Shown: positions 6,101 through 14,774 of the stretch, one piece after another
How positions within the stretch are numbered: position 1 is the stretch's first letter
Layout of the letters: the number at the start of each line of letters is the position of its first letter
From: Patescibacteria group bacterium
GTDB taxonomy: Bacteria; Patescibacteriota; Minisyncoccia; Phycocordibacterales; UBA918
DNA length: 61,843 bases
Direction of reading: 5' to 3'
NCBI GenBank assembly: GCA_018608435.1
Contig: JABAZV010000012.1
Location: 3,269-65,111 of the forward strand
Notes under the pieces: model-generated
Databases searched by the model: none
The model's input: only the letters and a program-made list of their open reading frames with translations
What the model was told of the DNA's origin: nothing
Position numbers and translations under genes: made by a program

Positions 6101-8935
6101 ATGTTAGAGGGTCCTAAAAACACGTCTGGAGCTATCGACAACAAAACGCTATCTGCGCAGGCGGATGTGCCAAATTATTCTGAATTGGAAACTCCAGCTG
6201 AAACGGCGTCTGAAAATGATTCAGAGCAAGAGCAAGAGCTGGGTGCTTCGGCTGAAGAGGTGTCAGAAACAGCCGCTGAAATGATTGCAGCGCGTGCGCG
6301 TATTGATGATTTAAATCGTGCCATGTCTTCTGCTCGAGGCGGTGGTTCCGATAAGATTGAGAGTGAAGTGTTGGCTTTGGAAAAACTGATTCATGATCAG
6401 GAAAATAAGAAGTTAGGGTCAGGTTCGGAGCAGCAGCTTGATTTAGATCTTGGCGACAGCTTGGTAGAACCTTTGGTTGTTTCTGATGAAGACGCTTCTC
6501 CAGTCGATACTGAATCTTCTGAATCAGATTCTGAAGAACTAGAAGCAGCTTTGAAAAAGCAGGAGTATTTGCACTCTAAACAAGCATACAAAGCCAAGAA
6601 GAAAGAGTTTTTTGACGTGTTGGGAAAAGACTACGCCGATAAAAGCACTTTCAAGAGAGCGCTTGGTCTAGGTAGACAAAACATGAGCAATGAAGCTCAG
6701 GCTGCATATGATGAATTTATGCAAGCTAGTAGTGAATTTCACAAGAGTGGTGTTTATGAGGAGTTGCAAGAAAAGATTGCTAAGAGAAACAGTCGCGGAG
6801 AAGGGTTTAATAAGCCGATTGACCTTCAGGCAGGTATTTTAAATCGTCATGTTTTAAACCCTGCCAAAGAACGCCTGGAGATGCAAACAAGGAAAATGCC
6901 AGACGGTTTGCATAAATTCAAAGACGCAACGCTAAAGATGTTTGCAGACACAAAAGCTGGCGCAGTAGTGGCTGAGCGTGTGGGCGGAGCGGGAGCAGTA
7001 ATGTCAGAAAAATATCGAGCCTTTGCTGAAAAGCATCCGCGCATTGCATCTTACTCTACGACTGGTGCGACGGTCGGTGCTTCTTTTGCTATCGGCAGTC
7101 CAATTGCTATGGCTGCCTCGCTTGTTGCAGGTACAGCTTTGAATGAAACTTTTGCTAAAAAAGCAATACAAGAAACGCAAAAAACAAAAGACACTGTAAC
7201 AAACTCCTTTGCTGATTCATCTTCCTCAAACGCCGAGTCTCTTGCACAGCTAGAAAATTCTTATTTTGAGTCGCTCGACAAAGAACATAAGACAAAAAGA
7301 TACGTCAAAGCCGCAACCATCGGAACGGCACTGGCGGCGGGAGGAATGTCTTCAGGGTTTGTTTCGGAAGCTGGAGCTGATAGTTTGGTAGAAGGTGTAG
7401 ATTTGGCAGAAGAGCAAACAGCAGAAGTGGTTTCAACAAAAGTGCCAAATGACACTGCTAAAGAGCTTGAAATTCTCACTGCTCAATTTGATGCTGTGCA
7501 AGAAGAAATAAACAAACTAACTGCCGAAGTAGGAGTGGTAGAGGCAACTGCTTCTGCTGAAGCAGAGTCTGTTGTTGATCCGCTTGGTGCACTCACAGAT
7601 GACTTTGAAGCTACGCAAAAAGAATTAGACGAGCTAATTGCAAAGGTTGGCGAAGCGGGCGATCAAGAAGTAGTTGACGAAGCGGTTAGTGAAGAAGATG
7701 TTGATTCGATTGATAACGGCAGTGTTGAATCTAGTGATGGCCAGAGCGCTGAGTCTGTTTCAGAAGCAGTAACTGCAAACAGCGAAACTTTTGATATAAA
7801 AGAGAAAGTAAAAACTGGCGACACGGTTTCTGGTCTGTTGTTTGAAAATGTGAAGAAGCAAGCAGAACTAGGAAACCTAAACTTTCAAGCGCCTTTAAGT
7901 GAAGATGAATTCTATGATTGGATTAGCAAGAAATTTCCAGAGTTTAATACAGCTTCGGCTGAAGTACCAGATGATTTTGTGTGGTCAGATGATGCTAAGT
8001 TACCAGAAGTAGTCATGATGGGAGAGGTCTCAGACGATTATGTATGGCAAGATAAACCCGACGCACCTAAGGATAAAGCTCCTGCTATTAACTCTGAAGA
8101 CTGGAAAAAGCTTGGTGTTTCGAGTGGAAATCCGAACCATATTCGTGTTGGAGAAACTCTCGATATTGGTGCGATGCTTGAGAAGCTGGCGGAAATGCCC
8201 ATTGCTGACGCTAAAGAGGCTAATGCTTCTATTGCAGGAGCGCCGGCCGAAGTCTCAGACAATTATGTTTGGTCAGCTGATGCTAATTTGCCAGAAGTAG
8301 TTATGGCGGGAGCTGCAGCCGATGTTTCAGATAATTTTGTGTGGCCAGCTGAAGGTCTCCCAAAGGTAGTTATGGAGAGAGATATTACTGAAGTCTCAGA
8401 TGAATTTGTTGCACAGCCATCTTCTGCTGATTCATCGCAGGTCGAAACTCTGTCGACTGAAGGTGAGTCTGCACCTACTCCTGCAGCTGAAGGTGTGCCA
8501 GTCGAGACTTATTGCTCAGTATTAAATGAAGATTATAGCGATGCAACAGTCCGGTATGAAAAAAATGGTGAATTTTTAGTTAATAAAATCGCTGAATCAC
8601 TTCAAGAATGGGATCAGCTTGGTGTCATTGATTTACCAACGGTGTCAGAGCATTCGTCAGTCGAAAACTATAGAGACTTTCTCAAAGATATTTTTCCTGA
8701 GCTTGATCCTCATCCGATATATGGAAAACCGCCAACATTGACTGATAATCAGTGGGCAGGATTAGGCATAGGTGCAGATTCAGATGCTAAAGTAGTTGAT
8801 TTTCAAGTAGGTAAATTTGTTGAAATGCTAAGTGCTGTCGATCCAGAGGACGGAAAGATTGGTTTCGCAGACGTTCTAAAAGCTCTAATACCTAAAATAA
8901 GTGTAGATGTGGATGTTACTAAAACTCGATTTTGA
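6101..8935 (+). CDS. large acidic repeat protein (944 aa), unknown function
   Basis: Long ORF with Glu/Asp/Ser-rich and coiled-coil-like segments and two Ala/Gly-rich hydrophobic patches. It has five copies of the (V)SD(D/N/E)(Y/F)V(W) motif, three of them followed by LPEVVM or LPKVVM. Confidence 0.8.
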   Translation: MLEGPKNTSGAIDNKTLSAQADVPNYSELETPAETASENDSEQEQELGASAEEVSETAAEMIAARARIDDLNRAMSSARGGGSDKIESEVLALEKLIHDQENKKLGSGSEQQLDLDLGDSLVEPLVVSDEDASPVDTESSESDSEELEAALKKQEYLHSKQAYKAKKKEFFDVLGKDYADKSTFKRALGLGRQNMSNEAQAAYDEFMQASSEFHKSGVYEELQEKIAKRNSRGEGFNKPIDLQAGILNRHVLNPAKERLEMQTRKMPDGLHKFKDATLKMFADTKAGAVVAERVGGAGAVMSEKYRAFAEKHPRIASYSTTGATVGASFAIGSPIAMAASLVAGTALNETFAKKAIQETQKTKDTVTNSFADSSSSNAESLAQLENSYFESLDKEHKTKRYVKAATIGTALAAGGMSSGFVSEAGADSLVEGVDLAEEQTAEVVSTKVPNDTAKELEILTAQFDAVQEEINKLTAEVGVVEATASAEAESVVDPLGALTDDFEATQKELDELIAKVGEAGDQEVVDEAVSEEDVDSIDNGSVESSDGQSAESVSEAVTANSETFDIKEKVKTGDTVSGLLFENVKKQAELGNLNFQAPLSEDEFYDWISKKFPEFNTASAEVPDDFVWSDDAKLPEVVMMGEVSDDYVWQDKPDAPKDKAPAINSEDWKKLGVSSGNPNHIRVGETLDIGAMLEKLAEMPIADAKEANASIAGAPAEVSDNYVWSADANLPEVVMAGAAADVSDNFVWPAEGLPKVVMERDITEVSDEFVAQPSSADSSQVETLSTEGESAPTPAAEGVPVETYCSVLNEDYSDATVRYEKNGEFLVNKIAESLQEWDQLGVIDLPTVSEHSSVENYRDFLKDIFPELDPHPIYGKPPTLTDNQWAGLGIGADSDAKVVDFQVGKFVEMLSAVDPEDGKIGFADVLKALIPKISVDVDVTKTRF

Positions 8936-8975
8936 TGATAAGTTTAAATAAAACCTTGGTAAATCTCATAACTTT

Positions 8976-9263
8976 ATGACAACAACGACACCAAACAAAA
9001 CTTCGCTCGCAAACATGTCTCCTGAAACAACAGCTTTAGTGGCTGAGGATATTGGCATGATTGTTTTGAATGCAGCGCTCATTCGCGTGTTCATGGATTT
9101 GTCGGCTGAGGACACGGTAAAGTTTGAATCTTTTTTACAAACCAATCCAATTCCAAGCGCGCTGCTTAATTTCTTGTTTGAGATCCATGAAGATTTTGGC
9201 ACGATTCTAGAAGAGGAAGCCAAGGCTTTAGAGGAATCAGCGAAGATGGTAGGGGTGGGGTAA
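8976..9263 (+). CDS. small hypothetical protein (95 aa)
   Basis: ORF with an ATG start. The helical, acidic C-terminal half is reminiscent of small CPR-specific proteins (DUF5663-like), but this is not verified. Confidence 0.6.
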   Translation: MTTTTPNKTSLANMSPETTALVAEDIGMIVLNAALIRVFMDLSAEDTVKFESFLQTNPIPSALLNFLFEIHEDFGTILEEEAKALEESAKMVGVG

Positions 9264-9294
9264 AGGATTGAAAAGCTTTGCTTTTCAATCCTTT
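9262..9294. terminator. 14-bp perfect hairpin overlapping the stop codon
   Basis: Stem AAAGGATTGAAAAG/CTTTTCAATCCTTT with loop CTTTG. There is no strong T tract on either side. It lies between convergent ORFs. Confidence 0.55.
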
Positions 9295-9336
9295 GGCACG
9301 ACATACAACCCTTACTATATTTCCGCTTGATTACTA

Positions 9337-9681
9337 TCAAATATAGAGACTGTAAATATAAAGAACGTCTCTGGCGTATTTTCTAATCACAGACCTTGTG
9401 TCAAGGTTCAATGCATAACCGAAACAGCAAGTAGTAAACAAACAACAAGGAAGAGGAGGTGGGAAAATAGGGCAGAAATGCAACGGACATAATCCTTGTA
9501 ATAGTTTTATCGCTCGCATCGCAGCCCGTTTCGGCAGGCTTGTGTAATGCTCTTCTTGTTTGAAGTAAGCGATAAATTTTTCTTTGCTCACGTCTGTGTG
9601 GGTGATGGCGCTCTCAAGGCTCTCGTTTTTCGCTTTGTCGGTGTCTGGCGCGCAGTCAGTCGCTATCTTTTGGTGGTTCAA
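9337..9681 (-). CDS. doubtful or decayed ORF (114 aa)
   Basis: The first ~60 aa look protein-like (EKFIAYFKQEEHYTSLPKRAAMRAIKLLQG). The remainder is Cys/Pro-rich and implausible. A +1 frame gives a TM-like ISALFSHLLFLVVCLLLAVSVMH instead. Confidence 0.25.
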   Translation of the reverse strand: MNHQKIATDCAPDTDKAKNESLESAITHTDVSKEKFIAYFKQEEHYTSLPKRAAMRAIKLLQGLCPLHFCPIFPPPLPCCLFTTCCFGYALNLDTRSVIRKYARDVLYIYSLYI

Positions 9682-10062
9682 AACAGGTTGTTTTGCTCTC
9701 AGTACTTTGATTATAGACCCTTTGAGTCATCTCTTAGATTATTTAAATCCCCCAAAAGCTTTGGCTCTCGAGGGATTTATTTTGAATGTATGAATAGTGA
9801 ACATGCTCGGAAGTATTTTAATATATGACTCATTTAACGGTTTAGATAGGGGAATAAGGGTAGACAAAACGGACATGAACGAAGCTTTTACGCACTTTAT
9901 ACACAGTTAACACACCTTTAAACACACTCTTTCCCCGTGTAGTTCCCATTAAACTCACAGACTATACACAAAGTTATGCACAGTTTTGGTATAACAGACA
10001 ACAAAAAGTTTAAGTTACTCGGTACAATATATAAGATTACTTAATTATTTTCTTATTAGTAT

Positions 10063-11943
10063 ATGTCGTACAACAACGAAGAGTTTCCTGGCTATGTCAA
10101 AGTAGCCGGCCGCATCACAGTACTAACCGCCTTGGTTGGCGTGGCAGTGTTTGTGGTAGCGTTCATTTTTGACATCGGCAACCAAGAGTTGCAGCGTGTG
10201 TCTGCTCAATCCGCAACTACAACCTTGACTGTTCTAAACACACCACCAGTATTTACTGTCGGTGCGTATGAAGTTGTTGAATCATCAACCACTACGCCCA
10301 CTAACTCAGGTGATATTGTTCAATGGTCTGCTCTCGGAACAGACAGTAACGGTGCTCCGTATTTTTTGCTGATATGTGATGGCAATGCTACACCTACAGC
10401 TAATGCAGCCGCTGGGCCAGGTTCTCTTGGAACACAGCCTCCAGATTGTGATGCTGGAGTTGTGCAGTGGGGAGTTTCTACTAGTACGGTGAGTGGTCAA
10501 TTGGCTACAGTTTCAACTACTACAACTGAAGCTGCACCGTTTGCTGAGCAAAATAACTGGTACGCTTGGGTCTGTGATGACGACCCATTCAACCCTCGCT
10601 GTAACGACATTCCCGTACAGGGACTAAATGCAACTAACTCTTCACCATTTGCTGTAAACGGAAGACCAGTTTTGACTGACTTTGCAAATAACGGACCCGT
10701 TGATCCTGGCGCCACTTTGAATTTCCTTTCAACATCAACTGACCCTGACTTGTCTGGAGGTGAAGACAAGATTTACCTCGTAGTATGTCAAACTAATACT
10801 GACTACAGCACGACAACTAATACTTGTGCAGATAACTTCCTTGCATCAACCACAATTGATCTCTTGAGTGACGCATCTGCGACTTACACTCTGGCGGCAA
10901 TTGTTCGTGATGATACGTACAGTGCTTATGGATACATAGTTGACGAACACGGTCACGAAGCAACTGCTAACCCGATTAGCGCAAACTTTATTGTTAATAA
11001 CGTTACTCCAACAATATTAAGTGGAGACATCGTTCTAAATGGAGGAGGTAACTTAGTGCTTACTATTCCGGCTGGAGAGACACCAAGCAGCACGCTTGAT
11101 TTCACCATTAGAGACGGAAACAGTTGTCTCAACAGTGCATCCACGAGTGAAATTACTGGCTATGAAACTGCGGTCTTTAGAACTGGAGTGGGCACATCAA
11201 CTTGTGATACAACTGCAGGATCTTACGATCCAAACAATTGTTACGGTAGCCAGTTACCACCTGCAACATGGAATCTCTCTTGTAATGCAACTACAACCTG
11301 TGCCAGTCCTTTGCAGGACACTATGGAATACACCTGTACTTTTCCACTATGGTTCGTAGCTGACCCTACAGACGCTGGTCCGAACACTCCAGCCGCGCTT
11401 GAAACAGACACTTGGTCAGCAGCAGTTGCTGGAGCCGATGATGATTTCGCTACTAGTTCACTTGTGATTACGTCTAGTCCTGTAGAATTAGCAAGCTTCA
11501 GTGCAATCGATATTGTAGATGACGAGATTGCTTACGGGGCTGTTGAGCCAGGTGACGATACCGGTACGTTGTCCGCCACTTCAACCGCTCAAAATGTCGG
11601 TAACACAGGACTTGACCAAGAGGTACGAGGAGACTCCATGTGTGGTACTTACACAACAACTACGCCTTGTCCTGCTGCACCAACGTCAACAATCCCAGCT
11701 TCTGAACAAGAATTCGCTTCTACAACTCTAGCTTACGGAAGTGTATTAGCTACAACCTTGTCTTCTACAACTGATATCGAAGTTGAGTTAGATATTCCAA
11801 AGACTACAGCTACTAGTTCAGATCTGTGGCAAGAAGGAACGACATACTGGGGAATTGCAGTTCCGGTCGCGATTACGTTGGCTGGTAGTTATCAAGGGCT
11901 TAACACCTATACAGCGGTAACTGCTGAAGATGCCGACTGGTAG
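10063..11943 (+). CDS. membrane-anchored Thr/Ser/Cys-rich surface protein (626 aa)
   Basis: N-terminal signal anchor ITVLTALVGVAVFVVAFIF followed by T/S-rich beta-type sequence with many Cys. The C-terminal module ends LAGSYQGLNTYTAVTAEDADW. Confidence 0.85.
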   Translation: MSYNNEEFPGYVKVAGRITVLTALVGVAVFVVAFIFDIGNQELQRVSAQSATTTLTVLNTPPVFTVGAYEVVESSTTTPTNSGDIVQWSALGTDSNGAPYFLLICDGNATPTANAAAGPGSLGTQPPDCDAGVVQWGVSTSTVSGQLATVSTTTTEAAPFAEQNNWYAWVCDDDPFNPRCNDIPVQGLNATNSSPFAVNGRPVLTDFANNGPVDPGATLNFLSTSTDPDLSGGEDKIYLVVCQTNTDYSTTTNTCADNFLASTTIDLLSDASATYTLAAIVRDDTYSAYGYIVDEHGHEATANPISANFIVNNVTPTILSGDIVLNGGGNLVLTIPAGETPSSTLDFTIRDGNSCLNSASTSEITGYETAVFRTGVGTSTCDTTAGSYDPNNCYGSQLPPATWNLSCNATTTCASPLQDTMEYTCTFPLWFVADPTDAGPNTPAALETDTWSAAVAGADDDFATSSLVITSSPVELASFSAIDIVDDEIAYGAVEPGDDTGTLSATSTAQNVGNTGLDQEVRGDSMCGTYTTTTPCPAAPTSTIPASEQEFASTTLAYGSVLATTLSSTTDIEVELDIPKTTATSSDLWQEGTTYWGIAVPVAITLAGSYQGLNTYTAVTAEDADW

Positions 11944-11989
11944 GAATTAGCCTGATCCATTTATCCTTAAGTAATTGAAATAAATAAAG

Positions 11990-12013
11990 ACTGAGAATGT
12001 TCTCAGTTTTTTT
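11990..12013 (+). terminator. rho-independent terminator
   Basis: Stem ACTGAGAA/TTCTCAGT (loop TG) followed by TTTTTTT. Confidence 0.8.
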
Positions 12014-12177
12014 ATTGAAATTTAACAAAACCTGATTTACTGGCATATAATTCGTTACAAACCTTTGCATATTTTAATTAGCGTCTTTTATGGCAGGCAA
12101 TATATACTCAATACTTTGTTATCCAAAACAACGCATTGCTTTTTCTTTCTTTTTTCTCGATAATGTAACAATAATAT

Positions 12178-13131
12178 ATGAGTTTCGCGGTACGCAAAAT
12201 TAGCGCATGTGTTCTTCTTTCAGCAGTGTTCTTTCTGGGCACTAATATTAGTGATGCTCTGGCTGGGTTCGGTATTACTCCGCCATACGTACGCAACACT
12301 AGCCTGGTTCGCAACTCAACTTATGAACAGCAGATTTTACTAGTGCGCAGTGACACAAATACAGCTCAGAAAGCCGAGATAACAATCGACGCTCCTGAGA
12401 TTGAGGAATGGGTAACTATTCTTGAAGGAGATGTAATCAGAATGCCTAACGGTGTGCAGAAGGTGCCAATGACGGTGCGTATAGTTGTTCCTGGTGATGC
12501 AGAGTTCCGTAATTATGAAGGTGCAATTAGAATTCGTACATTGCCAGACGATGACCAGGTTAAGCCAGGTGCTGTCAGTATTTCACTTGGAGCGTTAGTT
12601 GATATAGACCTGTCTGTTATCGATCGTGAGATTAAAGATTTTCGTGTTCGCAAAATTTCAGCGGCTGACTTGAATGAAGGTCATAAATTAATGTGGCTAT
12701 TCTTCCCTGGAAAAATTCGTTTCGATATGATGATTGAAAACACCGGTAATGTAGCCATTGCTCCATCCAATGTCTCTTTCCGTATCTTTGATCGCACTGG
12801 AAAAATTTTGCTGGAAGAAACAAACAGTATAGGAAAGACTGAAACTGTTCCTCCTTACGGCACAGAAACAATAACAGCCAATATTCCTACAAGGTTGCCG
12901 GCGGGTAGCTACGTCGCTCGCTATGCTATTTATAATGATGAAGAAGTTAAGCAAGAAGGTGACATTAGTCTTAATATTGTTCCGGCTGGAACGCTTCAGG
13001 CTGCAAATTTTGGTTTTATCGGCTTGTCGATGGCGCATAAGATATCTGTTTTGCTGCCGGTGTTTGCTGTTATCATTGCTGGAATATTTGTCTGGCAGTC
13101 ACGTCGGCGTGATAAGGTTCGTAAAGTATAG
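12178..13131 (+). CDS. DUF916/DUF3324-like cell-surface protein with C-terminal TM anchor
   Basis: Signal peptide ending ALA|GFGITPP, two beta-sandwich-like halves, and a C-terminal TM ISVLLPVFAVIIAGIFVW followed by RRRDKVRK. Confidence 0.8.
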   Translation: MSFAVRKISACVLLSAVFFLGTNISDALAGFGITPPYVRNTSLVRNSTYEQQILLVRSDTNTAQKAEITIDAPEIEEWVTILEGDVIRMPNGVQKVPMTVRIVVPGDAEFRNYEGAIRIRTLPDDDQVKPGAVSISLGALVDIDLSVIDREIKDFRVRKISAADLNEGHKLMWLFFPGKIRFDMMIENTGNVAIAPSNVSFRIFDRTGKILLEETNSIGKTETVPPYGTETITANIPTRLPAGSYVARYAIYNDEEVKQEGDISLNIVPAGTLQAANFGFIGLSMAHKISVLLPVFAVIIAGIFVWQSRRRDKVRKV

Positions 13132-13133
13132 AG

Positions 13134-14249
13134 ATGCGAGTATTAATACGATTCATACAATACAGTTTTGTTGCACTGATCTTATTTCCTTTCTTTGTCT
13201 CTGCTCAAACGCTAAGTTATGCGACCACTACACTCATTATTAGTATTTGTGGTAACGAAATTGTAGACAACGGTGAGGATTGTGATGTGCTTGGAGAAAC
13301 TGGTGTTTACAGCCAAACTATTGCTGGTCGTCAGTGTACGCCAAGCTGTTTTTTTGGACCTTATTGTGGTGATGGTATTTTACAAACATCCTTTGGTGAA
13401 GAGTGCGATGATGGCAACAATGATGACGCTGACTTCTGTTCTTCAATATGTGAAATTGAACCAGCCGGTTCAGGTGGAGGTGGTTCTTCAGGTGGAGGTG
13501 GTTCTTCAGGTGGAGGATCAACCCAAGAACTTGGAGACACTGTTATTTCAATTATCGGTAGAGCATATCCATCTAGAACTATAAATTTTTTACTTGATAC
13601 AGAGTCTGTTGGCTCGGCTCGTTCTGACAGTCAGGGTCGGTTTGATTTTTCTACTGAAGCTTCACCTGGCACAGCGACAATTGGTATTTGGTCAACTGAT
13701 TCCAGCGGGGTTCGCTCGATCACCCTTAACAACACGTTTGATGTTACTCAAGGTGCAGTTACAAGTATTAACGGAATAATTTTACCTCCCACAATTTCTC
13801 TGGCTGACACAACGGTAGATCCTGGTCAATTAGTGACCGTGTCGGGAATATCAGTCCCAGAGACACTGGTAGAGATTCATGTTGATGATAGCGAGTTGGT
13901 TGAGACCACACAGTCGGACTTTGAAGGGCGCTGGAGCTTTGATTTTGATACAAGTAAGGTAAGCATAGCTGAGCACACCCTCAGGGCGCGTTCTGTCATC
14001 GGAGAGCCACCTCTTACTACAGACAGTAGCTTCAGTAATTCTTTGCAGCTATTTGTTGGTGTTGAAGGCAGGGCTACACAGCCGTCTGATCTTAACAGAG
14101 ACGGATTCATTAACTTGATCGACTTTTCTATTTTAATTTTCTGGTGGCAAACAGATGGGGGAGACTCAGATCCGCCAGCTGACATTAATCAAAATGGGCG
14201 AGTCAGTCTAGAAGATTTTTCTATCTTATTGTTTAACTGGACAGGTTAG
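13134..14249 (+). CDS. secreted protein with Cys-rich repeats, Gly/Ser linker, Ig-like domains and C-terminal dockerin-like repeats
   Basis: It starts 2 nt after the previous stop. Two CG(N/D)..(E/D)..GE(D/E)CD motifs match the Myxococcus-type cysteine-rich repeat. A GGGGSS linker follows. The C-terminus has DLNRDGFINLIDFSILIFWW and DINQNGRVSLEDFSILLFNW, an EF-hand-like dockerin pair. Confidence 0.9.
   Translation: MRVLIRFIQYSFVALILFPFFVSAQTLSYATTTLIISICGNEIVDNGEDCDVLGETGVYSQTIAGRQCTPSCFFGPYCGDGILQTSFGEECDDGNNDDADFCSSICEIEPAGSGGGGSSGGGGSSGGGSTQELGDTVISIIGRAYPSRTINFLLDTESVGSARSDSQGRFDFSTEASPGTATIGIWSTDSSGVRSITLNNTFDVTQGAVTSINGIILPPTISLADTTVDPGQLVTVSGISVPETLVEIHVDDSELVETTQSDFEGRWSFDFDTSKVSIAEHTLRARSVIGEPPLTTDSSFSNSLQLFVGVEGRATQPSDLNRDGFINLIDFSILIFWWQTDGGDSDPPADINQNGRVSLEDFSILLFNWTG
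13473..13517 (+). repeat. perfect 18-nt tandem repeat x2.5 (GGTGGAGGTGGTTCTTCA) encoding the GGGGSS linker
   Basis: Units at 13473-13490 and 13491-13508 are identical, followed by a partial unit at 13509-13517. Confidence 0.9.
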
Positions 14250-14284
14250 ATATAAAGAAAGACTGTGGTAATTTATTTTCATTT

Positions 14285-14313
14285 AAAAAACGCTCCTTCA
14301 GAGCGTTTTTTTT
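14285..14313 (+). terminator. rho-independent terminator
   Basis: Stem AAAAAACGCTC/GAGCGTTTTTT with loop CTTCA, then a T tract. Confidence 0.8.
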
Positions 14314-14774
14314 GTGATTTACAGCATAGTTTGCGTCTCATCATGTTAAAAGTCAGAGATTATTTTGGTGCAAAATATTTACAAATATTTAGTCTGCAAA
14401 AAATTGTTGAACAAAATAATATTTACTAGCATTGACACATCTTAAAATCAAACGCTTAAGTTGCACGTAAAAGGTGTTTTTTGTGTATAAGTCAAAGATG
14501 CATCTTTCATACATCGTACAATGTAATAGTATTTGTAAAGGAGGTAATCATTTAGTATTACTGCCTAGCTCCACTTTTGCGAAGTGTAGCTGACAGTCGA
14601 TATTTTATCGAACGCAAAGGTGGGGCTGGGAACACTTCAGCCAGTGTTACTTTGCAAATATACTTACAGTGCTTTTTGTGAATTGGAGTGGAGACCAATT
14701 CACGTACGAGTTTGTACCTCGTCTACACTCACACCACGGGCTGTAGACTGTAAGTCTAAACAACGTAGAGTAAT

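Noticed and set aside
8966-9340. 124-aa minus-strand ORF, and the + strand ORFs 9547..9828 and 9584..9793
   Set aside because: The first is antisense to the better 8976..9263 gene. The latter two overlap each other and the minus ORF, and have Phe/Leu/Cys/Arg-rich nonsense-like sequences.
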